Shown piece by piece: positions 7,901 through 15,069 of a stretch of 15,069 bases of DNA. The position numbers and the translations under genes were made by a program. Each line of letters opens with the position of its first letter. The stretch's first letter is position 1. This stretch comes from an uncultured bacterium (lineage in GTDB: Bacteria > CAIJMQ01). The DNA is taken from positions 1 through 15,069 of the forward strand of contig CAZNJA010000033.1 of the NCBI GenBank assembly GCA_964573245.1. Reading direction: 5' to 3'. Under the pieces are notes generated by a model. The model made no database searches. It worked only from the letters and a program-made list of their open reading frames with translations, and was not told the origin of the DNA.

Positions 7901-9994
7901 TCAGTTTTTTGAAATTTGCAATCTTGCGTCTATTACCCTGCCACCCCTTCCAAACACCAAAAAAGGATTTGCTTCAATTTCTATTATTCGTTCGGAAAAA
8001 TCCGAAACCAATTGAGAAAGTCTCAAAATCGCGTCCACAACGGACGAGATATCTGATGGTTTTTCCCCTCGCACTCCCGCAAGCAGCGGATAAGCGTATT
8101 TTGTCTCTTTGAGCATTTCAAGAACCTTTTTCTGCGTGACGGGTACTATTCTGGAAGAAGTGTCTTTGAATACTTCAACATACTTGCCACCCAATCCGAA
8201 CCTAATCATATGTCCAAATATTTCGTCCTTTGAAACCCCGACAAGCACTTCTTTGCCTTCTTTTATCATGGGTTGCAAAGAAACCCCAGATATTCTAGAA
8301 GTGATTTTTTTCGCTTCTGCCATCATATCTTTGAAATTATCCAACAGTTGGGATTTTTCTATATTCAACCTGACCCCTCCCATATCGGATTTATGAATGA
8401 TATCCTGTGATTCTATTTTCATAACATAAGGTGGGGTTATCTTATGATAGGCTTTTTCGATTTCCCCTTCATTTTTTACGAGTATGTTTTCAATGACTGG
8501 GATACCATACAGCCCCAAAATTTCTAATGCAGTGCTACCCCCTATTATATCTTGAGAATTGTTTCTTAATTCTTCCATAATTTTGGAAACTTTCTTTTTA
8601 GGAACATTGAATTTTGTAATTTTATCTTCTTTGCTTTGCATCCATTCACCATGATTTTTCAATGCCTCCAGAACCTTTACTGCTTCTTCAGGGCTGGAAT
8701 AATTGGGTATTCCGCTTACTTCAAGCCGCTTGACTGCGTCTTTTATTTTCTCGTGTCCCATGAAAGACGTAAGCAATGGTTTTTTTATATTTTTGCATTC
8801 TTCGGTTATAACATCTGCAATTTGTAGTGTGTTTGTGGCTGATTGGGGAGTAAGAAGCACCAGAAAAGCATCGATATTTTTATCTTTCCCGGCTCTTTTC
8901 AAGGCTGTGCTGTACCTGTCGTCTTGGGCATCGCCTAAAATATCCACGGGATTATTTACGGAGGCGCTGGAGGGCAACACTCCCTTTAATTTTGCTTTTG
9001 TAGCTCCTTCAAGTTTTGCCATTTCAAGCGTTGTTTTTTCTACCATATCCGTAGCAAGAATTCCCGCGCCTCCAGCATTCGTAATGACCAATACCTTATT
9101 GCCTTTCGGAGGTTTTTGCTTTAAGAACCCTTTTACGACGGCAAATGCGTCTTCGAAAGTATCGACTCTTATGATTCCACATTCTTTGAACGCTACGTTA
9201 AACGCTTCGTCTTTTCCTGCAAGTGCTCCTGTATGGGATGATGCGGCTCTGCTTCCCCATTCGGTTCTACCAGACTTTATCATTATTATAGGTTTTTTCT
9301 TGCTTACTTTTTTTGCGACTTCTATGAATCTATTTCCGTTTTCGATACTTTCCAAGTATCCAAGAATGACTTTTGAGGTTTCATCTTCCGCAAGCATTTG
9401 AAGGACTTCTATCTCGCTTATGTCGGCTTTGTTTCCCAAAGATATGAATTTCGACATCCCAATATCTTTGCCTGATATTCTATCCAAAACCGCACATCCC
9501 AGCGCTCCTGATTGAGAAAAAAACGCAAGATTTCCTTTGAAAGGATACACCGGAGCAAAAGACGCATCCATCTTCGAATACGTGTCTATAATACCCAAAA
9601 CATTTGGCCCTATCATTCTAATGCCGTATTTTCTACATTTTTCGACTAATTTTTTCTCGAGAACAGCGCCTTCTTTCCCTGTTTCTTTAAATCCCGCAGA
9701 AATAACCACAATTGCTTTTACGCCCTTTTTGCCGCATTCTTCTATTACTTGCAATATAACTTGGGATGGGATAATAAGAATAGCCAAATCTACTTGTGAG
9801 GAGATATTTTTTACCGACGAGACCACCTTTTTATTTAAAAGAGTTCCGCCTTCAAGTTTGGGATTTACAGGATAAACCTCTCCATCATAGCCGGCTTTCA
9901 ATATTTTTTCGAAAACTTGATAACCCAACTTTTGTTTATTCTCGCTGGCTCCTATGACTGCTATACCCTTCGGGCGAAAAAAATCTCTCATCAT
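7901..9994 (-). CDS. ADP-forming acetate/acyl-CoA ligase, fused alpha-beta (ACD family)
   Basis: CoA-binding domain (IAVIGAS, YPVNP, ISAGFKE, GPNVLG), SQSGALG, phospho-His SHTGALAG, TNAGGAG, NPVDI, and ATP-grasp domain with HKSDMGGV and IEANP. No GNAT domain, so not a Pat/PatZ acetyltransferase. Confidence 0.9.
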   Translation of the reverse strand: MMRDFFRPKGIAVIGASENKQKLGYQVFEKILKAGYDGEVYPVNPKLEGGTLLNKKVVSSVKNISSQVDLAILIIPSQVILQVIEECGKKGVKAIVVISAGFKETGKEGAVLEKKLVEKCRKYGIRMIGPNVLGIIDTYSKMDASFAPVYPFKGNLAFFSQSGALGCAVLDRISGKDIGMSKFISLGNKADISEIEVLQMLAEDETSKVILGYLESIENGNRFIEVAKKVSKKKPIIMIKSGRTEWGSRAASSHTGALAGKDEAFNVAFKECGIIRVDTFEDAFAVVKGFLKQKPPKGNKVLVITNAGGAGILATDMVEKTTLEMAKLEGATKAKLKGVLPSSASVNNPVDILGDAQDDRYSTALKRAGKDKNIDAFLVLLTPQSATNTLQIADVITEECKNIKKPLLTSFMGHEKIKDAVKRLEVSGIPNYSSPEEAVKVLEALKNHGEWMQSKEDKITKFNVPKKKVSKIMEELRNNSQDIIGGSTALEILGLYGIPVIENILVKNEGEIEKAYHKITPPYVMKIESQDIIHKSDMGGVRLNIEKSQLLDNFKDMMAEAKKITSRISGVSLQPMIKEGKEVLVGVSKDEIFGHMIRFGLGGKYVEVFKDTSSRIVPVTQKKVLEMLKETKYAYPLLAGVRGEKPSDISSVVDAILRLSQLVSDFSERIIEIEANPFLVFGRGGRVIDARLQISKN

Positions 9995-10169
9995 AATTTT
10001 TAAAGGTTATTTAAAAGTAATTTAAAATTTGGGAATAGATTATATCTGATAACATCATCTTTTTCAATTTAAGGTATTTTTTTTTAAAAGGATTTCTTTT
10101 TTAGAAAAATGAATGTTTGTCTCAAAGATGGTAATATAGGCAGTATATAAAATATATAGGGAGGTAAAA

Positions 10170-11228
10170 ATGCGAAAAGAATCGTTGGGTTTTTTGAAAG
10201 AACTCGTGGAAACCCCGTCACCTTCGGGTTTCGAAACGGCGGCGAGGAAAGTTATAGAAACCAGAATGAAAAAAATCACAAAGGACATTTCAGTCGATGT
10301 ATTGGGAAATCTGACCGCCATTTTAAACAAAAACGCAAGACCAAGAATTATGCTTGCAGCGCATTGCGATGAAATAGGATTTATGGTGAAGTTCATATCC
10401 GATGACGGCTTTATATATTTTACTACAATCGGAGGGATAGATACTCACTTAATCCCTGGCAGAAAAGTTTATATCCATAATAAGAAAGAAAAAATTTTGG
10501 GAGTAATAGGCAAAAAAGCAGTGCATTTGATGGATGAAGAGGAAAGAAAAAAAATCTCCAAGATAGAAGACTTGTGGATAGATATTGGCGCAAAAAATAA
10601 AAAACAGGCCCAAGGATTAGTAGCTATTGGCGACCCTATAACTTTTGTGGAAAAAATGGATGTTTTAAAGGACGACCTGATAGTGTCAAGAGGTTTGGAC
10701 GATAAAATGGGGGTATATCTTATTGTGGAAATTATGGAACAGCTCAAAAACAAAAAACTATCTTCTTCCTTATATGGAGTTATCACCGTTCAAGAAGAGG
10801 TAGGTTTAAGAGGCGCCGTTCCTTCTACTTTTAGAGTGGCACCGGATATAGGTATTTGTATCGAAGTTACTCATGCAACAGACTATCCTTCTGTTGACAA
10901 AAAGAAAGTCGGGGAATACAAAATTGGTTCAGGTCCCGTTATAAGCAAAGGCGCGAATATAAATCCCACGTTGTTTGATATTTTGGTAGATACCGCAAAA
11001 AAAGAAAAAATACCTTATCAAATTTTAGGAGAACCAGGCAGAACCGGAACAGACACAAATGTTATGCAACTTTCCAGAGAGGGCGTTGCGACCGCGCTTG
11101 TATCCGTTCCTTTGAGATATATGCATACTCCGATTGAACTGCTTTCCACAAAAGACCTTGACTGGACTGTGCGCCTAATTGTCGCGACAATTAGCAGAAT
11201 TAAGCCGAGCGTACATTTCACGCCGTAA
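10170..11228 (+). CDS. M42 family metallo-aminopeptidase (TET/FrvX-like)
   Basis: SPSGFE, AAHCDEIG, GGID, LDDK, QEEVGLRGA, EVT, GTD, RYMHTP metal-ligand motifs; GGAGG Shine-Dalgarno. Confidence 0.95.
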   Translation: MRKESLGFLKELVETPSPSGFETAARKVIETRMKKITKDISVDVLGNLTAILNKNARPRIMLAAHCDEIGFMVKFISDDGFIYFTTIGGIDTHLIPGRKVYIHNKKEKILGVIGKKAVHLMDEEERKKISKIEDLWIDIGAKNKKQAQGLVAIGDPITFVEKMDVLKDDLIVSRGLDDKMGVYLIVEIMEQLKNKKLSSSLYGVITVQEEVGLRGAVPSTFRVAPDIGICIEVTHATDYPSVDKKKVGEYKIGSGPVISKGANINPTLFDILVDTAKKEKIPYQILGEPGRTGTDTNVMQLSREGVATALVSVPLRYMHTPIELLSTKDLDWTVRLIVATISRIKPSVHFTP

Positions 11229-11241
11229 ACGTTCTTGTAAA

Positions 11242-11270
11242 TTGACTGGAAAATCTAAACCACTTATAAT
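11242..11270 (+). promoter_or_regulatory. Sigma70-type promoter of the tRNA cluster
   Basis: TTGACT (11242-11247), 17-nt spacer, TATAAT (11265-11270), 13 nt before tRNA-Lys. Confidence 0.85.
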
Positions 11271-11283
11271 AAAATCCGCTTTT

Positions 11284-11360
11284 GGGCCATTAGCTCAATT
11301 TGGCAGAGCAGTGGACTCTTAATCCATTGGTTGCAGGTTCAAGTCCTGCATGGCCCACCA
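11284..11360 (+). tRNA. tRNA-Lys (anticodon CTT), CCA encoded
   Basis: Acceptor GGGCCAT/ATGGCCC, anticodon arm GTGGA-CTCTTAA-TCCAT, T arm GCAGG-TTCAAGT-CCTGC, ends ACCA. Confidence 0.97.
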
Positions 11361-11370
11361 ATTAACTGAA

Positions 11371-11545
11371 ATATTAAAAATCAAAAATAAGATATCAAAA
11401 ATAATGTATACATATAAAAAGAATTTTTAGGTTTTTGGTATGTGTTTTCCCTCTGGAATCTTGGAAAGATTCCGAGGACTCAGTCCCTGAAATTGCTTCG
11501 CAATTTCTAGGGGTGGTTTTTGGTCTTTAATATTTAATTTTATTT
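11371..11545 (+). repeat. Heptamer-periodic inverted-repeat element (ATCAAAA/TTTTGAT type) with a 65-bp double-hairpin insert
   Basis: 5' arm ATATTAA AAATCAA AAATAAG ATATCAA AAATAA. 3' arm TTTTTGGTATGTGTTTT[insert 11449-11513]TGGTTTT TGGTCTT TAATATT TAATTTT. Confidence 0.8.
11449..11513. mobile_element. Putative REP-doublet-like non-autonomous palindromic element
   Basis: CCTC-T-GGAATCTT-GGA-AAGATTCC-GAGG, then ACTCAGT, then CCCT-GAAATTGC-TTC-GCAATTTC-T-AGGG. Both ends are identical to the shorter copy at 5474-5493. Mobility is inferred, not shown. Confidence 0.5.
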
Positions 11546-11546
11546 C

Positions 11547-11629
11547 GCGGACGTGGCGGAACTGGTATACGCGTACGGCTTAGGACCGTATCCTCTCGTG
11601 GGTTGAGAGTTCAAATCTCTCCGTCCGCA
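11547..11629 (+). tRNA. tRNA-Leu (anticodon TAG), CCA not encoded
   Basis: Acceptor GCGGACG/CGTCCGC plus discriminator A, anticodon arm TACGG-CTTAGGA-CCGTA, long variable arm, T arm GAGAG-TTCAAAT-CTCTC. Confidence 0.96.
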
Positions 11630-11651
11630 CTGTTTAAGTAACATGGAAAAG

Positions 11652-11680
11652 TTGACAGTTTAGGGTTTATGGTTTATAGT
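11652..11680 (+). promoter_or_regulatory. Sigma70-type promoter upstream of tRNA-Gly-tig-clpP
   Basis: TTGACA (11652-11657), 17-nt spacer, TATAGT (11675-11680). The spacer and -10 lie within the heptamer repeat arm. Confidence 0.6.
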
Positions 11681-11730
11681 TGTCCTTCCAAAACCGCTTA
11701 CAATATACCACACACTATAGACTATTAGCT
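11656..11730 (+). repeat. Heptamer-periodic inverted-repeat element (TAGnnnn/CTAnnnn type)
   Basis: CAGTTTA GGGTTTA TGGTTTA TAGTT ... CCACACA CTATAGA CTATTAG CT. Shares the 12-mer TGGTTTATAGTT (11670-11681) with 7640-7651. Confidence 0.7.
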
Positions 11731-11737
11731 GGTCTTT

Positions 11738-11809
11738 GCGGGTGTAGCTCAGTGGTAGAGCATCACGTTGCCAACGTGAGGGTCACGAGTTCGAACCTCG
11801 TCGCCCGCT
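11738..11809 (+). tRNA. tRNA-Gly (anticodon GCC), CCA not encoded
   Basis: Acceptor GCGGGTG/CGCCCGC plus discriminator T, anticodon arm TCACG-TTGCCAA-CGTGA, T arm ACGAG-TTCGAAC-CTCGT. Confidence 0.97.
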
Positions 11810-11872
11810 CTAATCGGAACACAGAAATTTCCCCGATATCTTACGATGCGGGATTTCATAGGGAATAATAAA

Positions 11873-13111
11873 ATGCAAGTAGAAGTAAAAGTTTTAGAAA
11901 AACATAAAAAGTTGTTGTCCATCGAAATTCCGCAAGAAGAAGTGGAAAGAAGATTGACGAAAACGTATTCTACTGTCTTAAATAGTGCATCTGTCCCCGG
12001 ATTTAGAAAGGGGAAAGTCCCCCTTAAAATATTAAAACTTTATTACGGTAAAGACATAAAAAAACAAGTAGCCGAAGAACTCGTAAGCGAGTATTATAAA
12101 AAAGCGATTGAAGAGAAGGACTTGAAAGTAGCGCTTGCCCCGGAAATTAAAGAAGTGCAATTGGATGAAGGCAAACCACTGAAATTCGAAGCAGTGGTTG
12201 AGACATTTCCCAAATTCAAAATAGGAGAATATAAAGGTATTGAGATTGAAAGAGAAAAAGCCGAGATTACTAAAGAAGACGTTGAAGCAGTGCTTGAAAG
12301 GAAACGCGAAGAAAACGTTGAACTTATTCCTGTTAGTAATCGCCCCTCTCAAAACGGAGACCTTATAACGCTTGATTATAAGATTGAAATCGATAAAAAA
12401 ACAGCAAAAGAATTAAAAGACCAAAAGTTAATATTGGGGAAAACACCTGTTCCCAAGGAGTGGGAAAGAGAATTAACCGGGGTTAAGAAAGGTGATGTTA
12501 AGGAAATTCGGGCAAAATCCAAGTCGGAAAAACCTAAAGAAGTAGTATACAAATTCATTGTAAAAGACGTTCAGGAAAGAAAACTTTTAATTCTTAGTGA
12601 TGATTTCGCAAAAAAATTGGGCGATTTCGAAAATTTAGACAAGGTGCGGGAAAAGATAAAAACGGAGCTTGAAGGAATATCCAAGGTTTACGAAGAGGAA
12701 AATTTAAGAAGAGCTGTTATCGAGAAAGTGTTTAAAAATTCCGACATAGAAGTCCCGTTTTCCGTAACTAAACGGTTTTCGGAATATTACAGGTCTTTGA
12801 ACAAAGAATTAAGCGAAGAAGAAAGCAAAAAGATGGCGGAAGAAAACCTCAAGAAACAACTAATAATTGAAGAAATTGCCAAAAAAGAAAAAATAAAAGT
12901 GACTGACGAAGAAGTTAATAGACGAAAAATAGAAATTAAAGCGCGGGACGGTTCCGAAGAAAATATCAGAGAAGACTTGCAAAAAGACAAGGTTCTGAAA
13001 TTCCTTGTCGAAAACGCGAAAATAAAAGAAAAAGCGAAAAAAGTAATTCTTACTCCCAAAGAAGAAAATAAATCTTCTTTCTCCGAAAAAGGGAGTATCA
13101 TAACAGTTTAA
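11873..13111 (+). CDS. tig: Trigger factor
   Basis: Ribosome-binding signature [13 protein letters not shown]-like middle domain (GDLITLDY), tRNA-tig-clpP synteny. Start moved to ATG 11873 (MQVEVKVLE) with AGGGA Shine-Dalgarno. Confidence 0.93.
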   Translation: MQVEVKVLEKHKKLLSIEIPQEEVERRLTKTYSTVLNSASVPGFRKGKVPLKILKLYYGKDIKKQVAEELVSEYYKKAIEEKDLKVALAPEIKEVQLDEGKPLKFEAVVETFPKFKIGEYKGIEIEREKAEITKEDVEAVLERKREENVELIPVSNRPSQNGDLITLDYKIEIDKKTAKELKDQKLILGKTPVPKEWERELTGVKKGDVKEIRAKSKSEKPKEVVYKFIVKDVQERKLLILSDDFAKKLGDFENLDKVREKIKTELEGISKVYEEENLRRAVIEKVFKNSDIEVPFSVTKRFSEYYRSLNKELSEEESKKMAEENLKKQLIIEEIAKKEKIKVTDEEVNRRKIEIKARDGSEENIREDLQKDKVLKFLVENAKIKEKAKKVILTPKEENKSSFSEKGSIITV

Positions 13112-13119
13112 AAACTAAA

Positions 13120-13719
13120 ATGGCTTTGATACCTATTGTTGTTGAGCAAACGGGCAGAATGGAAAGGGCTTACGATATCTATTCCCGCCTGTTGAAGGAC
13201 AGAATAATAATTTTGGGGGTTCCGATAGATGACCACGTAGCAAACGTGGTAATCGCCCAACTGTTATATTTGGAATCAGAAGATCCCAAAAAAGATATAT
13301 TTTTATATATAAATTCTCCAGGGGGTTACGCAACTTCGGGACTAGCGATATACGACACTATGCAATTTATAAAATGCGATGTGTCAACAATATGCATAGG
13401 ACAAGCCTCTTCGGCTGCTGCGTTATTGTTGATTGCCGGGGCCAAAGGCAAAAGGTTGTCTTTGCCTCACAGCAGAATTCTCATTCATCAGCCTTCCGGC
13501 GCTATCCAAGGGCAGGCAACCGATATCGGAATCCACGCAAAAGAAATATTGAACTTGAAAGAAAAAATGAACCAACTTATTGCAGACCACACGGGCCAAC
13601 CCTTAGAAAGAATTCAAAAAGATACGGAAAGAGATTTTTTCATGAATCCCGAAGAAGCAAAAAAATATGGTATCATAGATGAAATAATTCATTCTAAAAA
13701 ACTTGCCCGAAAAGATTAG
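13120..13719 (+). CDS. clpP: ATP-dependent Clp protease proteolytic subunit
   Basis: [20 protein letters not shown], catalytic Ser (GQASS), His (IHQP) and Asp (ERDFF). Confidence 0.98.
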   Translation: MALIPIVVEQTGRMERAYDIYSRLLKDRIIILGVPIDDHVANVVIAQLLYLESEDPKKDIFLYINSPGGYATSGLAIYDTMQFIKCDVSTICIGQASSAAALLLIAGAKGKRLSLPHSRILIHQPSGAIQGQATDIGIHAKEILNLKEKMNQLIADHTGQPLERIQKDTERDFFMNPEEAKKYGIIDEIIHSKKLARKD

Positions 13720-13783
13720 GCAGGCAACAATGTCAATTCCGGCAAAAAGTAGTTAAGCAAAAAGCACAAGGGGCAAACAAAAA

Positions 13784-14227
13784 ATGAAAACATTTACTCT
13801 TAAAAAAGAACAAGTCGAAAGAAAATGGTATTTAGTGGACGCCAAAGATGAAATTCTTGGCAGGTTAGCCTCAAGAATAGCTCTCGTTTTGCAAGGCAAA
13901 CACAAACCCTCGTATACACCCAATGTCGACATGAGCGATTTTGTAGTGGTTACAAACGCAGAAAAAATAAAACTTACAGGGAAAAAATTGGGAAACAAGA
14001 AATACGCAAGCCACTCTATGTATCCGGGCGGATTTAAAGTCAAAACATTGGAAGTATTGATGAACACAAAGCCCGAAGAAGTTATAAAGCGGGCGGTAAA
14101 AACAATGTTGCCCTTTAATAAATTAAGAGACCGAAGAATGAAGAAACTAAAAGTTTATAAGGGCTCTGAGCATCCGCATAAAAGCGTGAAGTTAGAACCT
14201 ATAAATCTTACAAAGAAGCGGAATTAG
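13784..14227 (+). CDS. rplM: 50S ribosomal protein uL13
   Basis: RKWYLVDA, LGRLAS, GKHKPSYTP, YPGG, LKVY..SEHPH. Confidence 0.98.
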   Translation: MKTFTLKKEQVERKWYLVDAKDEILGRLASRIALVLQGKHKPSYTPNVDMSDFVVVTNAEKIKLTGKKLGNKKYASHSMYPGGFKVKTLEVLMNTKPEEVIKRAVKTMLPFNKLRDRRMKKLKVYKGSEHPHKSVKLEPINLTKKRN

Positions 14228-14235
14228 TCCGGTTC

Positions 14236-14316
14236 TTTGTGAGCCCTAAATCGAATTTATTCTGGTTTAGGGCTTATAAAACACCTGCCTCGCCGAAAAC
14301 GGCGATTTAAGGCGGG
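14236..14316 (+). other. Two tandem stem-loops in the rplM-rpsI spacer
   Basis: 17-bp stem 14236-14252/14264-14280 with three G-U pairs, then CCTGCC-TCGCCG-AAAA-CGGCGA-TTTAA-GGCGGG (14284-14316). No U tract. Confidence 0.65.
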
Positions 14317-14334
14317 GAGGAGAATTTTACTTTT

Positions 14335-14724
14335 ATGGAAAAAAAAGTTAATACTACAGGGAGAAGGAAAGAAGCAGTTGCAAAAGTTTTGCTTTCCTTG
14401 GGAACAGGCAATATTGTTGTAAACGGCAAAAGGTTAGACGAGTACTTCCCTCAACCAAGTCTTCAGTCCAAAGTTATCTGCCCGTTGGAGGTCACCGATA
14501 ACCTAAAACGATACGATGTAAAAATCAAGGTGGTCGGAGGTGGTATCTCGGGACAAGCCGGCGCGGTTATGCTTGGAATTTCGCGCGCTTTAGTTGAGAC
14601 AGACGCAAAATGTAGAGCTACGTTAAAGAAAAAAGGATTGCTAAAAAGAGACTCCAGAATGGTGGAGAGAAAAAAATATGGAAGAAGAAAAGCTCGCGCC
14701 AAACCCCAATACTCAAAACGGTAA
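14335..14724 (+). CDS. rpsI: 30S ribosomal protein uS9
   Basis: TGRRKEAVA, GGGISGQAGA, RDSRMVERKKYG, QYSKR C-terminus. Confidence 0.98.
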   Translation: MEKKVNTTGRRKEAVAKVLLSLGTGNIVVNGKRLDEYFPQPSLQSKVICPLEVTDNLKRYDVKIKVVGGGISGQAGAVMLGISRALVETDAKCRATLKKKGLLKRDSRMVERKKYGRRKARAKPQYSKR

Positions 14725-14998
14725 AGGGGAAATCGTAATTGTTAATATTCTTGGCAACGAAATCAGATTAAGAACCGCGGCTGATTCCGCTTATGTCCAT
14801 AAATTGGCAAAAGATATCGAAAACAGAATAAAACTTTACATGAGCGATTTAGGCATTATGTCCTCCCTGAAAGCGGTTATTCTGGTTTGCCTTGAACTTG
14901 CCGACGAATTGGAAAAAAGCAAACAACAAAATTCCAAAAAAGACAAACTCTGGGAAGAGAAAATACACAAACTTCTTAATAAAATTTCTACCATTTAA
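14678..14998 (+). CDS. zapA: Cell division protein ZapA
   Basis: VNILGNEIRL beta hairpin, YVHKLAKDIENRI helix, KAVILVCLELADEL motif and C-terminal coiled coil. Start overlaps rpsI by 47 nt. Confidence 0.85.
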   Translation: MEEEKLAPNPNTQNGKGEIVIVNILGNEIRLRTAADSAYVHKLAKDIENRIKLYMSDLGIMSSLKAVILVCLELADELEKSKQQNSKKDKLWEEKIHKLLNKISTI

Positions 14999-15029
14999 TT
15001 TGCCATCGCCAACAATTGTTGATGAGGGC

Positions 15030-15057
15030 TTTACAACTCAAATTCCCATGTTATAAT
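15030..15057 (+). promoter_or_regulatory. Sigma70-type promoter with extended -10, firing out of the window
   Basis: TTTACA (15030-15035), 16-nt spacer, TATAAT (15052-15057), with TG at 15049-15050. Confidence 0.75.
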
Positions 15058-15069
15058 AAAACCGAGGCT

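Noticed and set aside
8703-9401. 232-aa plus-strand ORF and the other short antisense or nested ORFs (e.g. 6309-6701, 9537-9875, 10064-10396, 12787-13101, 13374-13682)
   Set aside because: They overlap well-supported genes, mostly in the antisense codon-mirrored frame, and have no protein motifs.
7901-9994. Possible Pat/PatZ protein lysine acetyltransferase
   Set aside because: No GNAT domain and the catalytic His is retained, which fits a true ACD ligase.
11371-11545. Possible CRISPR array, tRNA-like gene or prophage att site between the tRNAs
   Set aside because: No repeat-spacer units, no T-loop or D-loop consensus, no duplicated tRNA 3' end, and no integrase or cas gene in the window.
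11547-11809. tRNA-Leu and tRNA-Gly lack an encoded CCA
   Set aside because: Common in bacteria; the CCA-adding enzyme completes them. Cloverleaves are intact, so these are not pseudogenes.
11824-11857. Imperfect hairpin before tig containing the upstream ATG 11846
   Set aside because: Short interrupted stems with no U tract; no function can be supported, and ATG 11873 is the better start.
11680-11868. 62-aa ORF
   Set aside because: Runs through tRNA-Gly; spurious.
15008-15019. Perfect 12-bp palindrome CAACAATTGTTG after zapA
   Set aside because: Single copy with no U tract; could be an operator or weak hairpin, but evidence is insufficient.

Overview
AT-rich bacterial core-genome window. 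Minus-strand run: fused ADP-forming acyl-CoA synthetase, rpmF (missed by the ORF track), plsX, fabH, phosphomannomutase/phosphoglucomutase, an AddA/RecB-like helicase-nuclease, then an ABC-2 permease that runs off the left edge (also missed). Plus-strand run: M42 aminopeptidase, tRNA-Lys(CTT), tRNA-Leu(TAG), tRNA-Gly(GCC), tig, clpP, rplM, rpsI, zapA and a strong promoter at the right edge. The genes are mostly housekeeping; the unusual signal is in the spacers. Four (possibly five) spacers hold inverted-arm elements made of degenerate 7-nt repeats. Two of them, 6 kb apart, carry the same GC-rich palindromic insert at the same site: a 65-bp double hairpin in one and a 20-bp deleted form in the other. 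I infer a nested, non-autonomous repeat or mobile system whose enzyme is not encoded in this window.
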